A DNA stretch of 64,000 nucleotides from Octopus vulgaris (GCA_951406725.2 OX597815.1:18724001-18788000); one strand, 5' to 3'. Shown: positions 1 through 13,510, counted from the first letter of the stretch. Notes: a model not told the origin generated them from the letters alone. A program made the numbers and translations.

Positions 1-732
1 TTTTAAGGATATCTATATATGCTTTTGCAAATGTGATATTTTATTCAATCTCATAATCTAAATGATACATTTCTGTACCCCAGATAAAAGATCTTTTTTT
101 TTTAATCTGATATTTGTGTTATTGTCGCTCTCAAAGAAAAAAAATATTGGAACTCTCATAGACAGAATTTACATCTCACGTAGCATGTTATGTCTCCCAA
201 TTAATTTCGATAAAACTATTCTTGGTCGATCCTGCTCCAAAAACCTGGTACGAAACTCAATATAACGGTGTATAGCGTAGCATTGAAACCTATATTCACT
301 TTCAAATAGCTTGGAAACATGTTAAACAAGGATGATCGGAATCATGATGTAAAATCGGATATTGGCGTAAAATTTCAATCTTAACAAAGGCATCAAAGGT
401 ACGAAGGTGGCGTGGTAATGCAGCTGATAAATGACCAAAACAAGATGAGCTAGCTAAATGCTAGTTTTAAGCACATAACTCTGATTTTCGCGAAGGTGTT
501 AGCGAAATAGTTGGCGATTATCATCGATAAGCTGGTCGGTGACGCGTGGACATGCACTATACCAAACAGATATATATCCACGACTACTTCCACCTCGCGC
601 ATTATATAGAGGATTGGTAAGGAATCTGGCATGGGTGGGACTCTGATTAATTAGAATAAATCAAAAGTTTTTGATAAGGTTGACCACCAGTACTTGTGGC
701 TGTCGTCGCGTCGGCTGGTTTTGGTCCTGTTT

Positions 733-1299
733 TCAGAGGTTGGATCGCTGCAATGTACAGCGACATTTGTTCGCTGGTGAAAGTGAATTTACGGAATCAT
801 TTAGAATGTACGAGCTGACTCTTGTGACATTACTACGGAAGCTGGACGTTTCGAGGGGCATCGCCGGGTGAACTAAGATGCAGAAGGTTGAAGTGGTGTT
901 TGAGTAATGTTGCTCAAAGTCATCTCCCTCAATTGTTCGTATCTGCCAGTTTGATGTGTTGGTGTGTTTTTTGTTCCTTTCTGTTCTTGATATCTGTGTC
1001 CGTTTTCCATTCAAGTTCCACACAATCCCTTTCATTACAAATGTCTGAGTGATCCGAAGCGGGGAAGGGCATGTCTTGGGAAGGTTTTGGTGTTTTGTTG
1101 AAATAGCTATTTTGTTGTTGTTGTTGTTGGGGTTTCTGATGCTGCTGTTGTTATTGATCGCGACTCTACTGCTGTGGCTGCTGCAAAAATTGTTGCTGTT
1201 GCTGTTTGGGCAATTTTTAGTTTCGGTCCTGCTGTTGGTGATGTTGGTACGGTTGCTACTGTGTTTGCAGTTATTGTTGATATTACTGTTGGTGTCATT

Positions 1300-1344
<45 letters not shown>

Positions 1345-1348
1345 ATAG

Positions 1349-1381
<33 letters not shown>

Positions 1382-1452
1382 CAGTAGCTGTTGTTGCTGT
1401 TGATATGGTGTGGTGGTAGTGGTGGACACATATATTTGCCTGTCGCTTTCAA
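733..1452 (-). other. Low-complexity ORF region (possible exon or UTR of an unidentified gene)
   Basis: 239-aa N/S-rich ORF crossing a (TAG)n tract (about 1299-1387), with an overlapping Thr-rich frame; GC above background; no recognisable domain. Confidence 0.15.
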
Positions 1453-1910
1453 AATATCTGATTATTCTCTAGTGGCCGGGATAATTCATTAGATAACACG
1501 CTTGAGATGAAGTAAGAGAAGAAAGCGAACGAATGATAGAGAATCACCGAAGATTTTGTTAATTAGATAGAATGAATATTTGCTGAAAATAACTTTACTC
1601 TGACCGTATTGTCAATTAATATCTGTTTCCTTCACTAAATTTATTTTACAATGAGTGACATTCATTTCAAAAATAGTAACTGCAACGGTATATATTAATT
1701 GATATGTTAATCACAGTCTGATCGACTTTATGACCCTCAATAATTGACGTATATTTTATTTCCATTGACCAGGAAGAGAAAATTCAAAACCACATGTGAT
1801 CAGGATTGAACTCAAGACATAGGTGTGTAACTAAATCCTGCTTTGTATTTTTGAAAGCAGACGCATTATTACTTTCGTTGCACAATATTCTGCAGATGAT
1901 ACAAATTTAA

Positions 1911-2290
1911 AGCGTCGTTATGTAGTAAAAAGTTTGTTTCTCAGCCACATGGTCGGGTTCAGTCCCACTGTGTGGCACCTTGGGCAAGTGTATTTTACTA
2001 TAGCCTGAGACCGACCAAACCCTTGTGAATGGATTTGGTAAACGGCAACTGAAAGAAGCCCGTCCTAAATACATGTGTATTTACTTATGTGTGTTTGTGT
2101 TTGAACCCCACCATCGCTTAACAACCGGTGCTAGCGTGTTTACATCCTTCTAATCTAGCAGTTCGGCAAAAGAGGCAGATATATGAAGTATTAGGCTTAC
2201 AAATAATAAGTATTGGGGCGGATTTGCTCGACTAAATGCGGTGCTCCAGCATGGCCGCAGTCAAATGACTGAAACAAGTAAAGGAGTAAA
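1911..2290 (+). mobile_element. tRNA-derived CORE-like SINE (family A), diverged
   Basis: GGGTTCAGTCCC B-box-like motif, CORE-like GGCACCTTGGGCAAGTG, tail GCGGTGCTCCAGCATGGCCGCAGTCAAATGACTGAAACAAGT. Confidence 0.85.
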
Positions 2291-2586
2291 TGTATAAGAC
2301 TATTCATTGAAGTACTCCCTGACATAAAGATATCACAGTAATTTGTTTGAATTCGTTCGAAGAGATATCCTTTAAGTATTATTTTCTCTCTTCGGTGACA
2401 GATAAAATCAGTTTTCAATCATTAGAATCTTGAATCTGTAAAACGAAGTCTCATAATGCAATTCTATATTCCTGGGTTGAGGAATTTCTGTTGTGTACTC
2501 TGAGTGGGGTAAACAAAAGCCATGCACGTGTTTATCATTTTTATTGAATCAATTTTGTAATATGCATACATTTGAAGAATGTGGCG

Positions 2587-2917
2587 AAGTTGAGACAGTG
2601 TCACGTGACCACTTCCTGGGGCTGCCTGCTGGAGCCTGACAGTAGGTATTTAAAGGAAAAAATTCGACAAGCCAGTCAGTCGCCCGCTGACACTCGTTGA
2701 CGCTACATCGAAGAGGCCAGGGAACAGGAGAAAGAAGAAAGAAGACATGCACCCAACACCAGAGCTGAAGACACCTCCGAAAGCGGGAGGGCCACGTCAA
2801 AACGATAGAGGAGTAGGGTCCGAAACCGGACGTGATTCCTGCTGATGATGTCTTGAGCTAACTGGATTCTATAAAGGAGCTGTTGTGGTAGCAGACCACG
2901 AAACACGGTTGAAATTC
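2587..2917 (+). mobile_element. Solo 3' UTR fragment of the HERO-like retrotransposon
   Basis: Colinear with 38521-38852 and ends at the same GGTTGAAATTC. Confidence 0.85.
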
Positions 2918-3334
2918 CTCAGAAGAGTAATTTTTTTTAAATCGCATAATTCAAGTTTTAGTCCAGAGCAGTACCAAAAGAAAAGGGTTAGTAGTGTATA
3001 GAAGATATACCTCTTAGTTTAATATTCGAGCTGACATGGAGTTAGTGGACCATCACATAGCATTTTAGCTTGCTAAATACGACAGAAAATTGTATTAATC
3101 TCATTTTGTTTTAAAATTGAGGTGACGTCTGAAAAAAATCAATGAAGGAGAATCTTCCATTAAATGTCATAAAAGAAAAGATGTTTACAGATTGTAGATT
3201 GTATTTCTGGTTACTTTTGATTGCGTATTATCTTTATTTCGTTCGCAAATGCATATTCCGTCAGTTCAACTTTATTTGGGAAAGACTATTTGCAATCGAA
3301 GAAGAATACGGTCATCCAACAATATCATAATTTA

Positions 3335-3475
3335 TTAGGTTGTCCCAAAAGTTCGTAAACACTTGCGAAAATTGAATTTTTACTCGCCAAGTACTAACAA
3401 AAACAACAAAATTTATTCCTCAAAATAAAGACCATTATTTTCCAAGACTTTCTACGAACTTTTGGGACAACCTTA
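3335..3475. mobile_element. Mariner-type MITE
   Basis: About 23-bp TIRs TTAGGTTGTCCCAAAAGTTCGTA / TACGAACTTTTGGGACAACCTTA with TA on both flanks. Confidence 0.85.
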
Positions 3476-4183
3476 TATATAACGGGAAGCGTCAGAGATA
3501 AAGAAGGATAAATATTGTTGCAGATTATTAGACTGCAGCCGGCCATGCTGGGGCAACACCTTGAAGATGACTGTATAGAACGCAGAATTTTTTAAGCGTC
3601 ATCATTGGTGGATATAAAACAGCGTAACGATTAACCTCAAACTACTTTCACAATTTATTTCGCGTGCGTGGTGTCTATATCTTGATAACTAGATTGTTGT
3701 TTAGCCATTATCAAGGCTTCATAACTTATAGTTCTTCTAATCAATGAATTTTTCAAAATTTAGTTTTCTTTGATGTCCTCTATTATAAGGTTCTGAAATG
3801 GTTCCTTGTAATAAATGCATCGTTAACCGATGAGTAAGTATTTGACTTGTGCGCAAGACATAAATTACCAGTTTGGATTCAACTTTTTACATTATACAAA
3901 CTGAGTGAAGTACAGTCATTAACTTTTAAGAAAGAGCTTACTGTTAGTGAGATTTTCTTTCAAGTGTGGCAGAATTATTTTGTGAAAATATATTGTAAGT
4001 TTACGGTTAGGTTTCATAAATGTTCTGTTTACGAAGATTAGCAACAGGAACTTCGTTAAGAACAAAATACACACCAAAACTCAAAATAACTGGAATTGAC
4101 TGGTAAACAATTCGTAAGTCAACGACGATGGTTATTTTGTCATTTACAACGTCAGTCCCATAATCACTGGTTGTTCATTAAAT

Positions 4184-5277
4184 AGGTTCTGGACAAAAGC
4201 CCCTTAGGACAAGAGCCCCTCGGACAAAAACCCCATAGTTAAAGTATGAAAGTGGACAAAAACCCTTTGTGCAAAAGTCAGACGTTTGTATTTTTTGGTT
4301 ATATTTTTAGTTAATTAGACTAGTTAGTTAAACGTATCAATTCACGATTTCTTTTCTTTTTAACTAGTTGCAATTATTAGTCTGCGGCCGGCCATGATGG
4401 GGCACCGACTTGAATAATTTTTCGATGACTGTATGGGACGCAGAATGTTTTTTAAGCCTGATGAAAACCACTTCTGTGAAATATTTCGTTTTTTTTTTCC
4501 TTTTTACTTGTTGCAGTCATTAGATTGCGGCCATTCTGGGGCACCAGCTATGTTTAATTATTCTAAATGATTTTCAATCAACGCATGAAGTTAAGCCAAG
4601 AAGGTCTCTCCATATACTAGAAAAGATGGCCAAATGTTAAATTTTTATTTTTACAATTTCACAAAAACGAAAACGGATATCGAGAGTGTAAAAGTTCAAA
4701 AGGTCAGCTTATTCTCATTAATCTGTAAGTGCTGAGAGAAGAAATCAAAAGACTTTAAATATATATTTTAAAACGCTGATTTTTCGCGACTAAACATTCT
4801 TCAAGCCCCAGCATGTCCGCAGTCTAATGACTGAAACAAGTAAAAATATTTTTAGAAAATGAAAAATAAAACCGAGGGGATTATAACAAGCAATCAAAGG
4901 ATTTAGCTATTATTTCTAGCCTGTTGAGATACCGTCTAGGCTTAACTTCATGCGCTGGTTGCAAATTATTTAAAAAACATTCTGGGGTCGTTACATTCGA
5001 CTAAAAATTCAAGATGGTGCCCCAGCATGGTCGCAGTCTAATAACTGCAACGAGTAAAAATAAAAATAAAATTCTGGCGTTGATACATTCGACTAAAGAT
5101 TCTTCAAAGTGGTCTCCTAGCATGACCACAGTCTAATAACTGAAACAATTAAAAGGTGCAAAAAACGAAAGATAATCGAAATATATAACCGTTGGACTTT
5201 TGTCCGAGGGTCTTTTGTCTGTGGGGGCTTTGTCCATGTGGCTTTTGTCCATGGGGGGGCTTTTGTCCTATAACTTC
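4184..5277. mobile_element. Foldback-like non-autonomous DNA element
   Basis: Terminal arrays of GGACAAAAGCCCC-like units in inverted orientation; internal modules inverted between halves; homologous to 15041-17469. Confidence 0.7.
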
Positions 5278-6640
5278 ATATAAATGATGAAATCTTGGAT
5301 TTCTGAGAACTTTAAATCTCCTGTTCTAGATTAAGCATTAAGTAAAATTAAGGAAATATGAAGAAAAATCATTTAAAAAAGTGCACAATGTGAGACAGTA
5401 AGGTCTTCTATGTAAAATTCTTGAAAAAAAATTTGTGTGCATACACATACATAATCATACGTGTGTATTTACAACTCTGTGTCAATGTTCATATTTTACT
5501 GGTATAAAATATGTATTGTTTCACTCGACGTAAATTAGCTTTATCATAAAAGATTTATTAAAAAAGGGAACTAGAAAATATAACTGTCATAGAAATGATA
5601 GAACAAAAACCTTGAAAAGTACTCTCCCAGCTTGGCCGCCTATCTGGTATTACGAAAGAAGAGCAATACCTTTGAAATCAAATTGTACTTTGTAAAAACA
5701 GGAAGGAATTCTTTAGCGAAAATGAAATATAGAAATACTCTTACGTTGAACAATGTCGACATCAACCAAATAATTATCTGAATCAGTCAGGTAGCTTATC
5801 CATTCTCTCTCTCTCTCTCTCCCGCTCTCTTTCTCTTTCTTTTTCTCTCTCTTCTTCAGTCAAGAAAACCCTGAAGCTTGGGAATCCAGCGAGAAAATCT
5901 AATGATGATTACTGCCGATAGGATGATAAGGAAGAGGTACATGAGGAATATGCCCCTACGCTCTTTCCAGCAATAGTGGGCGAAGAAGATGGATCTATGG
6001 GCTGATGAACATCGAACTGTGAACATTATTTTATCTGCGCTCTACATCCGTCGCAACCGCAAAAGCTTATCCTGCCTGAAAGTCATGAAAAACGTGTGAT
6101 AACTGTCTAAATTGATAAAGCATGTTCGATTATTTTGTGGAGTATATCAAGCATATCTATTCTCAAAGGGATTTCATCTATGAGTTCAGAGTTATGCAGG
6201 TCTATATTACCCTATAATTTCTTATTAAATGGACTAACTTATCTATAAATATGCATTAGCGGTTTCACACTGTATTTAGCTATCCTTTAATGATTTGCTT
6301 TTGTTTCATGTTTTTCGGTTGTCTTTGAGGTGTTAGTGACATTTGCAGGCTATTTTAGTTACAGAACTGTTATCAAAGAGCATTATGATAGCATACAAAA
6401 ATCGATATTTGTTGGAACGTAATGTTTTAGATTTTGTCAATGCTTTATATTATATCAGCTAATTTTTTAAACATTAAAAAAATATGTTTCATTATATTAG
6501 CAAAGGATTAAAAGGCTACAGGGTTGTGTATTTGGAGTAGAAGACTTTCACGCGTACATTTCATGAAAAATTGCAACAAACTTTCTTTGGAATAGTGCAA
6601 TATTTACCCTGCCATGATATGTTCTCACAGGTTATATAGA

Positions 6641-7000
6641 TTTATTTCGTTTACAATATCTAAGTTTAAATCATTTATTCGAGAAATTATTTACTCCAGA
6701 AAATATTCTTTTCTTTCAATAAACTAGAAATTAACAAATAGCATGTAAAGAAATACATAAAGTGTTTGTAAATTTACCTAAAGAAAATTCTACTTTAAAA
6801 TTCAGAGCAATCATTAAACTTTCTTATAAAAATTGTAACAATTTTAGTTTACGTGTGCTTCTAAAATATTTAGATGATTTCAAACTGACTAAAAACAATA
6901 AAATCTGAAAAAAAAGCCAATATTTTAATGTGTTAACTGATAATTTCTTAGTCTCGTTAACACCATTAACATGAATAATATTTTAAGCTTGATATTAAAA
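6641..7000 (+). repeat. 360-bp direct repeat, copy 1
   Basis: Near-identical to 10541-10901. Confidence 0.9.
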
Positions 7001-7020
7001 AGTTATTGCTAAGATTGCTA

Positions 7021-7500
7021 GGTGTAGGAGTGGCTTTGTGGTAGGTATTCTTGCTTACCAACCACATAGTTCCGGGTTCAGTCCCACTGCGTGGAACCTT
7101 GCGCAATTCTCTTCTACTATACCTTCGGGCTGACCAAAGCCTTATGAGTGGATTTGGTAGACGGAAACAGAAAGAAGCCCATCGTGTATATGCGACGACG
7201 AATGCACGGTGCCAAGTGGGCTACTTTTGGTAAGTAGAACTGTTTTTTTTGTGCATTCGTCGTGTGTGTGTGTGAGTGTGTGTGTGTATGTTTGCGTGTC
7301 TGTGATTCTCCCCCCAACATCGCTTCACAACCGATGCTGATGTGTTTACGTCCCCGTAACTTAGCGGTTCGGCAAAAGAGACCGATAGAATAAGTACTAG
7401 GCTTACAAAGAATAAGTCCTGGGGTCGATTTGATCGACTAAAGGCGGTGCTCCAGCATGGCCACAGTCAACGTGACTGAAACAAGTAAAAGAGTAAAAGA
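7021..7500 (+). mobile_element. Family A SINE, near full length
   Basis: tRNA-like head (GGAGTGGCTTTGTGGTA...CCGGGTTCAGTCCC), internal (GT)n, conserved tail. Confidence 0.9.
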
Positions 7501-8399
7501 TATCGGAAGCTACAGCGATTAAAGATTATTCTTCATAGCTATTATTATTCATGTTTTGTACGAATGTTTTATATTCGGAATCAATGTCCTAGATACCGAG
7601 TCACTGTCCTGTATACCATTCTCTTTAGATATCGAGGACCTTTCTTACAATCCGTGCTGTTCTCAATACAACAGATTTTTGAATTAATGCAACTCACAGT
7701 CGCTCCAATTCCAACAAAGAAACTGCAGAGCCTGCTGGTGATGGTAGCTCGGGTATGATGTCAAAAGTCGTCGGTATGACGTCAAACTGTATCCCGTTGT
7801 GGAGTTTCGATGTAGGAACAATGAGGTTATCTTTAACCATATGTACTTCTAGGTCACGCTAGGATAACCTGTAAGTCCCGATCGAGACTATGAAACACCA
7901 GTTCGGTGATTGCGAAATTAAGTTTGTCTCACGAATTAGGGCATGCCTCTTTAACATAGCATTGGGAATTCAAATATTTTGTTGCTTTTGTTGTTGTTCA
8001 GGCAAAGGTTACCGTAACTGAGACTACCTATGTTCAAATGTGCCCAAAATATTCCATTCCCCTCCATTATTCAAAAGCTGTATCCGACGTGTTTTCCTCT
8101 TTGTAAGACGATAGAACGGGATTTAAGGGATACTTTATCTTTTATATTTTACTTGTTTCAGACGGTCTACTGCAACAATGCTGGATTCATGTCTTGAAGG
8201 GTTTATTTGAACAAATCGAGCTTCCTATCTAAATTTAAGCTTGATGCTTATTCTAATGATCTATTTTGCTGAAACGCTAAATTACAGAGACGTAAACGAG
8301 TCAACACATGTTGTCAGACGATAGTGTGATATAGATATAACACAAATACCTACACACACACAGAAACACACATATGCTGTGACTATGAATATTATAACC

Positions 8400-10040
8400 C
8401 TCTCGCCCTGGTCTACCACTTGGTATCCAGCCGGTTGTTGTGTCTTGAAACATTCGTCTTGAAATTCTTTCTTCTGCCATTCTAATCAGCTGTGACCTCT
8501 CAATGTGGAGAAGTAGCGGCTCGAAATGGAAAGATTACCTATTTCTTTACTATCCACAAGGGGTTAAAAACAGAGAGGACAGGCAAACGGATTAAGTCGA
8601 TTAGATCGACCACCAGGACGTAACTGGTATTTATTTAATCGACCCCGAAATGATGAAAGGCAAAGTCGACCTCGGCAGAATTTGAACTCAGAACGTAGCG
8701 GCAGACGAAATACCGCTAAGGATTTCGCCCGGCGTGCTAACGATTCTGCCGGCTAACCGCCTTAAATGGAAAGATTACCTAACTTGTCAAAGTATGCACC
8801 CTGTCGAGACCTGTGCGGTTGTACTCTTGCGGTCATTACCAAGCCTTCATGACCATAGATGAGAATAGGCACGAAAACCGAACTTATGATAGAGAATTTG
8901 TCTTTTTTTCCTAACCTGACCTTTTCTGAGGATCGAATGCTGGAGCTGGCGTATTACTGTGCTAGTACTGGTAATTCTAGCATCAAAATCAGCCTCTTGC
9001 CTTCTTTTATTCGTGAATACAGTCTAGAGATATGTAAACTACTCTACATGCTTCTGTGATGTTCCACTAACATGCAAAATGCATTGGAATGAGTTCTGGA
9101 GAGAACAAATATCCCAGTCTTCGCATTACTAATTCTCATCCCTGTCTGGCAGTACACAGCAGTGAAATCATTCAATGCATACTGGAGTTCACTATCTAAT
9201 GAGGCATGGTGTTTACAAACATCAGCTGACCGATATTACAACCACTGATCGTGATACTCCCACAACGGCTGCACATATCAATCGAGTTCGTTAAAATGAT
9301 TAAAAGATGTGACAATACACACTCCATCCGAAGTTCAATACCCACGTCGAAAGATTTCGATATAATACTATTTACCTAAACACACACATCTGGGCAATCG
9401 TAAAGGAACTTCACAACAAATATAAGTTGCCCATTAATTCCGCCAAAACATGTCCCGTGACACACTGTCACATGCTTTTTCGAGGCTTACAATGCAAGCG
9501 TACATATTTTAGCAATATTCCTACGATTTCTCGAAGATATGAAGTAGAGCGAACATCGGGTCGGTTGTACTGCATCCAGGAGGGAAACAGTATACTCCTT
9601 CAGCAAGCTTGGGCTTGACAATTTCCATCCACGTATTTTCCAGACTCCTAGCATAGACTTTACCGCGAAGGCTTAGCAAAGAGATTCCTCTATAATTCCT
9701 TTAAATATTGGGATAACCATCCAGGTTTGCAATCTTCAGAGGTCAAAGCCACCTGGCATACACGTGTCACGGATAGACTGCCTTTTTTTCATTTAAGGCT
9801 TTTACCACTTCTTCTTCTCCAGAAGCCTTTCCACATTTGAGCTCTTTAAGTGGCCCTATGATTTCAGCCTCTGTTGTGATAGTCTTCACCTCAGCAAAGT
9901 ATTCTCTCTTCGTTCCAAGGATGTTTTTCTACAAGGAGAGAACCACAGCCGAGTTCTTAAAGTTAGGATTGAAAGAAGGCTTCTTGATACGAAGTCGGTA
10001 GAAAGTCTTCTAGAATAATTTATTCGCTAGTCTGACCGCG
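8400..10040 (-). mobile_element. Decayed RTE-clade LINE (RT to C-terminus)
   Basis: Minus-strand peptides NYRGISLLSLRGKVYAR, SVFVPILIYGHEGLVMT and EPLLLHIERSQL...GRP resemble RTE/Rex3 ORFs; many stops and frameshifts. Confidence 0.8.
8542..8763 (-). mobile_element. Family B tRNA-derived SINE nested in the RTE
   Basis: Head GGCAGAATCGTTAGCACGCCGGGCGAAA...GAGTTCAAATTC; 18-bp flanking duplication AAATGGAAAGATTACCTA at 8524 and 8764. Confidence 0.92.
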
Positions 10041-10540
10041 ATGTAGCTTAATAATATAAATATAAAAGAAAAGGGTCAGAAATTAGCTCTTTAATAATTC
10101 ATATGTAAACAAATAAGAGATATGTATTCTTACCAACTGAATGTTCGTAACTTGCTAAACTGCTTTATTTTATGCACAATGGTTTACAGCATTATCGGGG
10201 CAATAGAAGGAAATAGGTAAGGAATCCTAGCTCAGTTTTTTTTTCTTTTTCGTTTCAACTTGAAGTTCATCTTGAGCTTCGTATTGAAGCAGTCAATAGC
10301 TCAACATTTAAGTACTTGACAAGACGTTACTTCCTTTTGCTTTATGAGTCCAAATCCTGCTCAGGTTAAGTTTGCTCTTCATCCATACGCGCCGATACAT
10401 ATATAGAAATTGACTCAATCAACATGCCATTCGTATAGCTTTGTGTTTGTACGAGAAGTATATGTATGTCTGAAATCAATATGTATTCCGTTTTCTATCA
10501 AAGAAAACGCTCAAACTAAACGTACAATAGAAATACAAAA

Positions 10541-10901
10541 TTTATTTCGTTTAAAATATCTAAGTTTAAACCATTTATTCGAGAAATTATTTACTCCAAA
10601 AAATATTCTTTTCTTTCAATAAACTAGAAATTAACAAATAGCATGTAAAGAAATACATAAAATGTTTGTAAATTTACCTAAAGAAAATTCCACTTTAAAA
10701 TTCAGAGCAATCATTAAACTTTCTTATAAAAACTGTAGCAATTTTAGTTTACGTGAGCTTCTAAAATATTTAGATGATTTCAAACAGTGACTAAAACAAT
10801 AAAATCTGAAAAATAAGCCAATATTTTAATGTGTTAACTGATAATTTCTTAGTCTCGTTAACACCATTAACATGAATAACATTTTAAGCTTGATATTAAA
10901 A
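10541..10901 (+). repeat. 360-bp direct repeat, copy 2
   Basis: Near-identical to 6641-7000. Confidence 0.9.
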
Positions 10902-11385
10902 CTAACATTGATAACGGTGATGATGATGATGATGATGATGATAAGAAGGAGGAGGAGGAGGGCGATGATGATGATGATGATGGCGTAGATAATTTGCTGA
11001 TGGACAGAATGATTATAATGATAATTATGACCAAGAAAATGACGATACTGATTATGTTATTTTTTCAAAATGACACATTTCTTCGTAATTGCAATATTTA
11101 TAGATTTTTTCTTTTTATAGTAAATAATAAGAACTGAAACAATAAATATAAAATCTCTATATTGGTATGTAGTTGTAGGAAAGCAATATTGATTATCATT
11201 CCTATGAACGCACTACAAGCTGTACAGTACCAAAGCAACATATGGATGCCAGCTCTTAACGTCACCAACTAATAATGCCATCCGATTTTGTATTAATAAG
11301 TTCTCTGACTTTCTGTTTTATATTAAATGACAAATTTCGGACCGAGCGCATCTTATTAGAAAGTTTCTTTCGATCTATGAAGAAA

Positions 11386-11773
11386 TCTATATATATATAA
11401 AACTGAGAATGTGTCTGTCTGTGTGAGTCCGTAAAACCTGAGAACTACACAACCAATTTCATTCAAATTTTACACATGCCTTACTTTGGGTCCAAGGAAT
11501 GTCATGGGCAAAAATTCTATTAACTTCTTGCCTAGGGCGAGCCCATAGCAATATCATATCTTCTCCACTATGAATCCCTAAAATTTGAGAACTACAAAAC
11601 CAATTTCATTCAAATTTTACACATGACTTACTTAGGGTCCATGTAGTGTCATGGGCAAAAGAATGCTTAACGTCTTACATAGGGCGAGCCCACAGCAATA
11701 TCACATCTTCTCCACTATTTCAGTATTATGTGTTAAAAGTGAAACAAAAGCATCTCTCTATTGTATGTATATG

Positions 11774-11812
<39 letters not shown>

Positions 11813-11969
11813 GTATATATATATATATAGATGTATATGTATACATGTATATGTATAGCTGTATATGTATAGCTGTATATGTATACATGTATATGTATAG
11901 ATGTATTTCTATAGATATACATGTAAACATATATGCCTAGATGTATATATAGATGTACATGTAATATGT

Positions 11970-12013
<44 letters not shown>

Positions 12014-12567
12014 GCATACATATATACACCATACACACACACACACAGACTCCCCCCCCCCACACACATATACATGGGTGCAGGTGTGGCTGTGTGGTAA
12101 CAAACTTGGTTCCAAAACACATGGTCCTCAGTTCAGTCCCACTGTGTGGTAACTTGGCATGTGTCTTCTGCTATAACGTCAGAACAACCAAAGCCTTGTC
12201 AGTGGATTTTGTAGACAGAAACTGAAAGAAATCAATGGTAAGTATATGTATGAATATATGTAAGTCTATGTGTGTGTCTTTGTGTTTCTCCCTCATCACT
12301 GTTTCACAACTGGTGTTCGTTTATTTACATCCCCATAACTTACTGGTTTCACAAGAAGAAACTGATATAATAAGTACCAGGCTTATCAAAATAAAAAAAA
12401 GCATTATGCAGTGTGTCATATTTTTGTTTGCCCACTCAGTTGTATCTATCAATTTATCTTGTGTGTGTGTGTGTTTGTGTATGTGTGTGTGTGTATACAT
12501 ATATATATACATATATGTAAGTACACACACACACAAACACACACACACACTACCAGTATGTATTTTA

Positions 12568-12636
<69 letters not shown>

Positions 12637-13195
12637 TATATACACACACACAAACATATAATATATATATATATAACATAGTTCTTGAACCGGTACTTCA
12701 AGTAACGACTAGGGTAGTGTAACTGACTGCTTATTGTGATCATTCGTCTTTTGGTTTCCTGTAGTTTTGCTCTCTTTTACAAACCCAGTGAACATATATT
12801 TCCTATTTCAAAGAAATTCAAACAATAGATATAAGACCCAAGTTAAAAAGATTTTCAACAATTCAACTTCTCTGGTTGACATTAAGATGCCCACCTCCAA
12901 CAGGGGCCTTAACTATCACATTTTAGAGCTCCATGACCTTCATTTTTTAGGAGCAAAGTCTTTTTCACAGGTTCAATAACACTGGAATTTTGGAATATGC
13001 GCATAAAAGTCAGTAGTATGGGATACATGTGGCACGATTACAAATTTTTTAAGGTATGTAAAGAGGGAAATAACCCTCATCTGCAATTTGGATGAAATTC
13101 GAAACATAGATTGTCCAGTTCATTACAGAAAATATAACAGAAAAGTCTAATTCTTGAATTGAATGTAACCAGGCAACGGCGGGTATCTCTGCTAG
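11386..13195 (+). mobile_element. Non-autonomous Helitron with nested SINE and microsatellites
   Basis: A|TCTATATATATATAAAA 5' end; 3' imperfect hairpin ACCAGGCAACGGCGGGT then CTAG|T; internal tandem duplication of about 145 bp at 11428-11720. Confidence 0.75.
12077..12400 (+). mobile_element. Family A SINE, diverged, inside the Helitron
   Basis: Head GTGGCTGTGTGGTAA...GTTCAGTCCCACTG; body matches other copies. Confidence 0.8.
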
Positions 13196-13510
13196 TTTCT
13201 AATATAATACACTTATATCGTAAACGTAAATAAGAAAAATGGTATGGAAAATATCTGATAATAATAATGATAATGAATAGGATATAGATAAAACTATAAA
13301 TACTACGAATAAAAAGTACAACTCAATTAAATCATATCCAATCACAGCAAAACAAATCACGTACATAATTCTGGAACCAAGATCAAGGACACAATAAACA
13401 AGAAAATATCCACAAGGCGACAGATCCGTAGAGAAGGAGTTAAGTCACAGGTATCAATAACTGTATAATTTCTAATACTAATGGATAGTTTCTACAACTC
13501 GACTACAATT

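Noticed and set aside
5810-6110. Polypyrimidine tract plus AG resembling a splice acceptor
   Set aside because: All three downstream frames stop within about 20 codons; the tract is a (CT)n repeat
7021-7090. tRNA genes at SINE heads
   Set aside because: A/B-box-like motifs continue into SINE bodies; no complete cloverleaf
11646-12743. Many YI/CV/HT-rich ORFs here and at 26.2, 34, 39.3, 40.8, 43.2, 58-62 kb
   Set aside because: Stop-free translations of microsatellites
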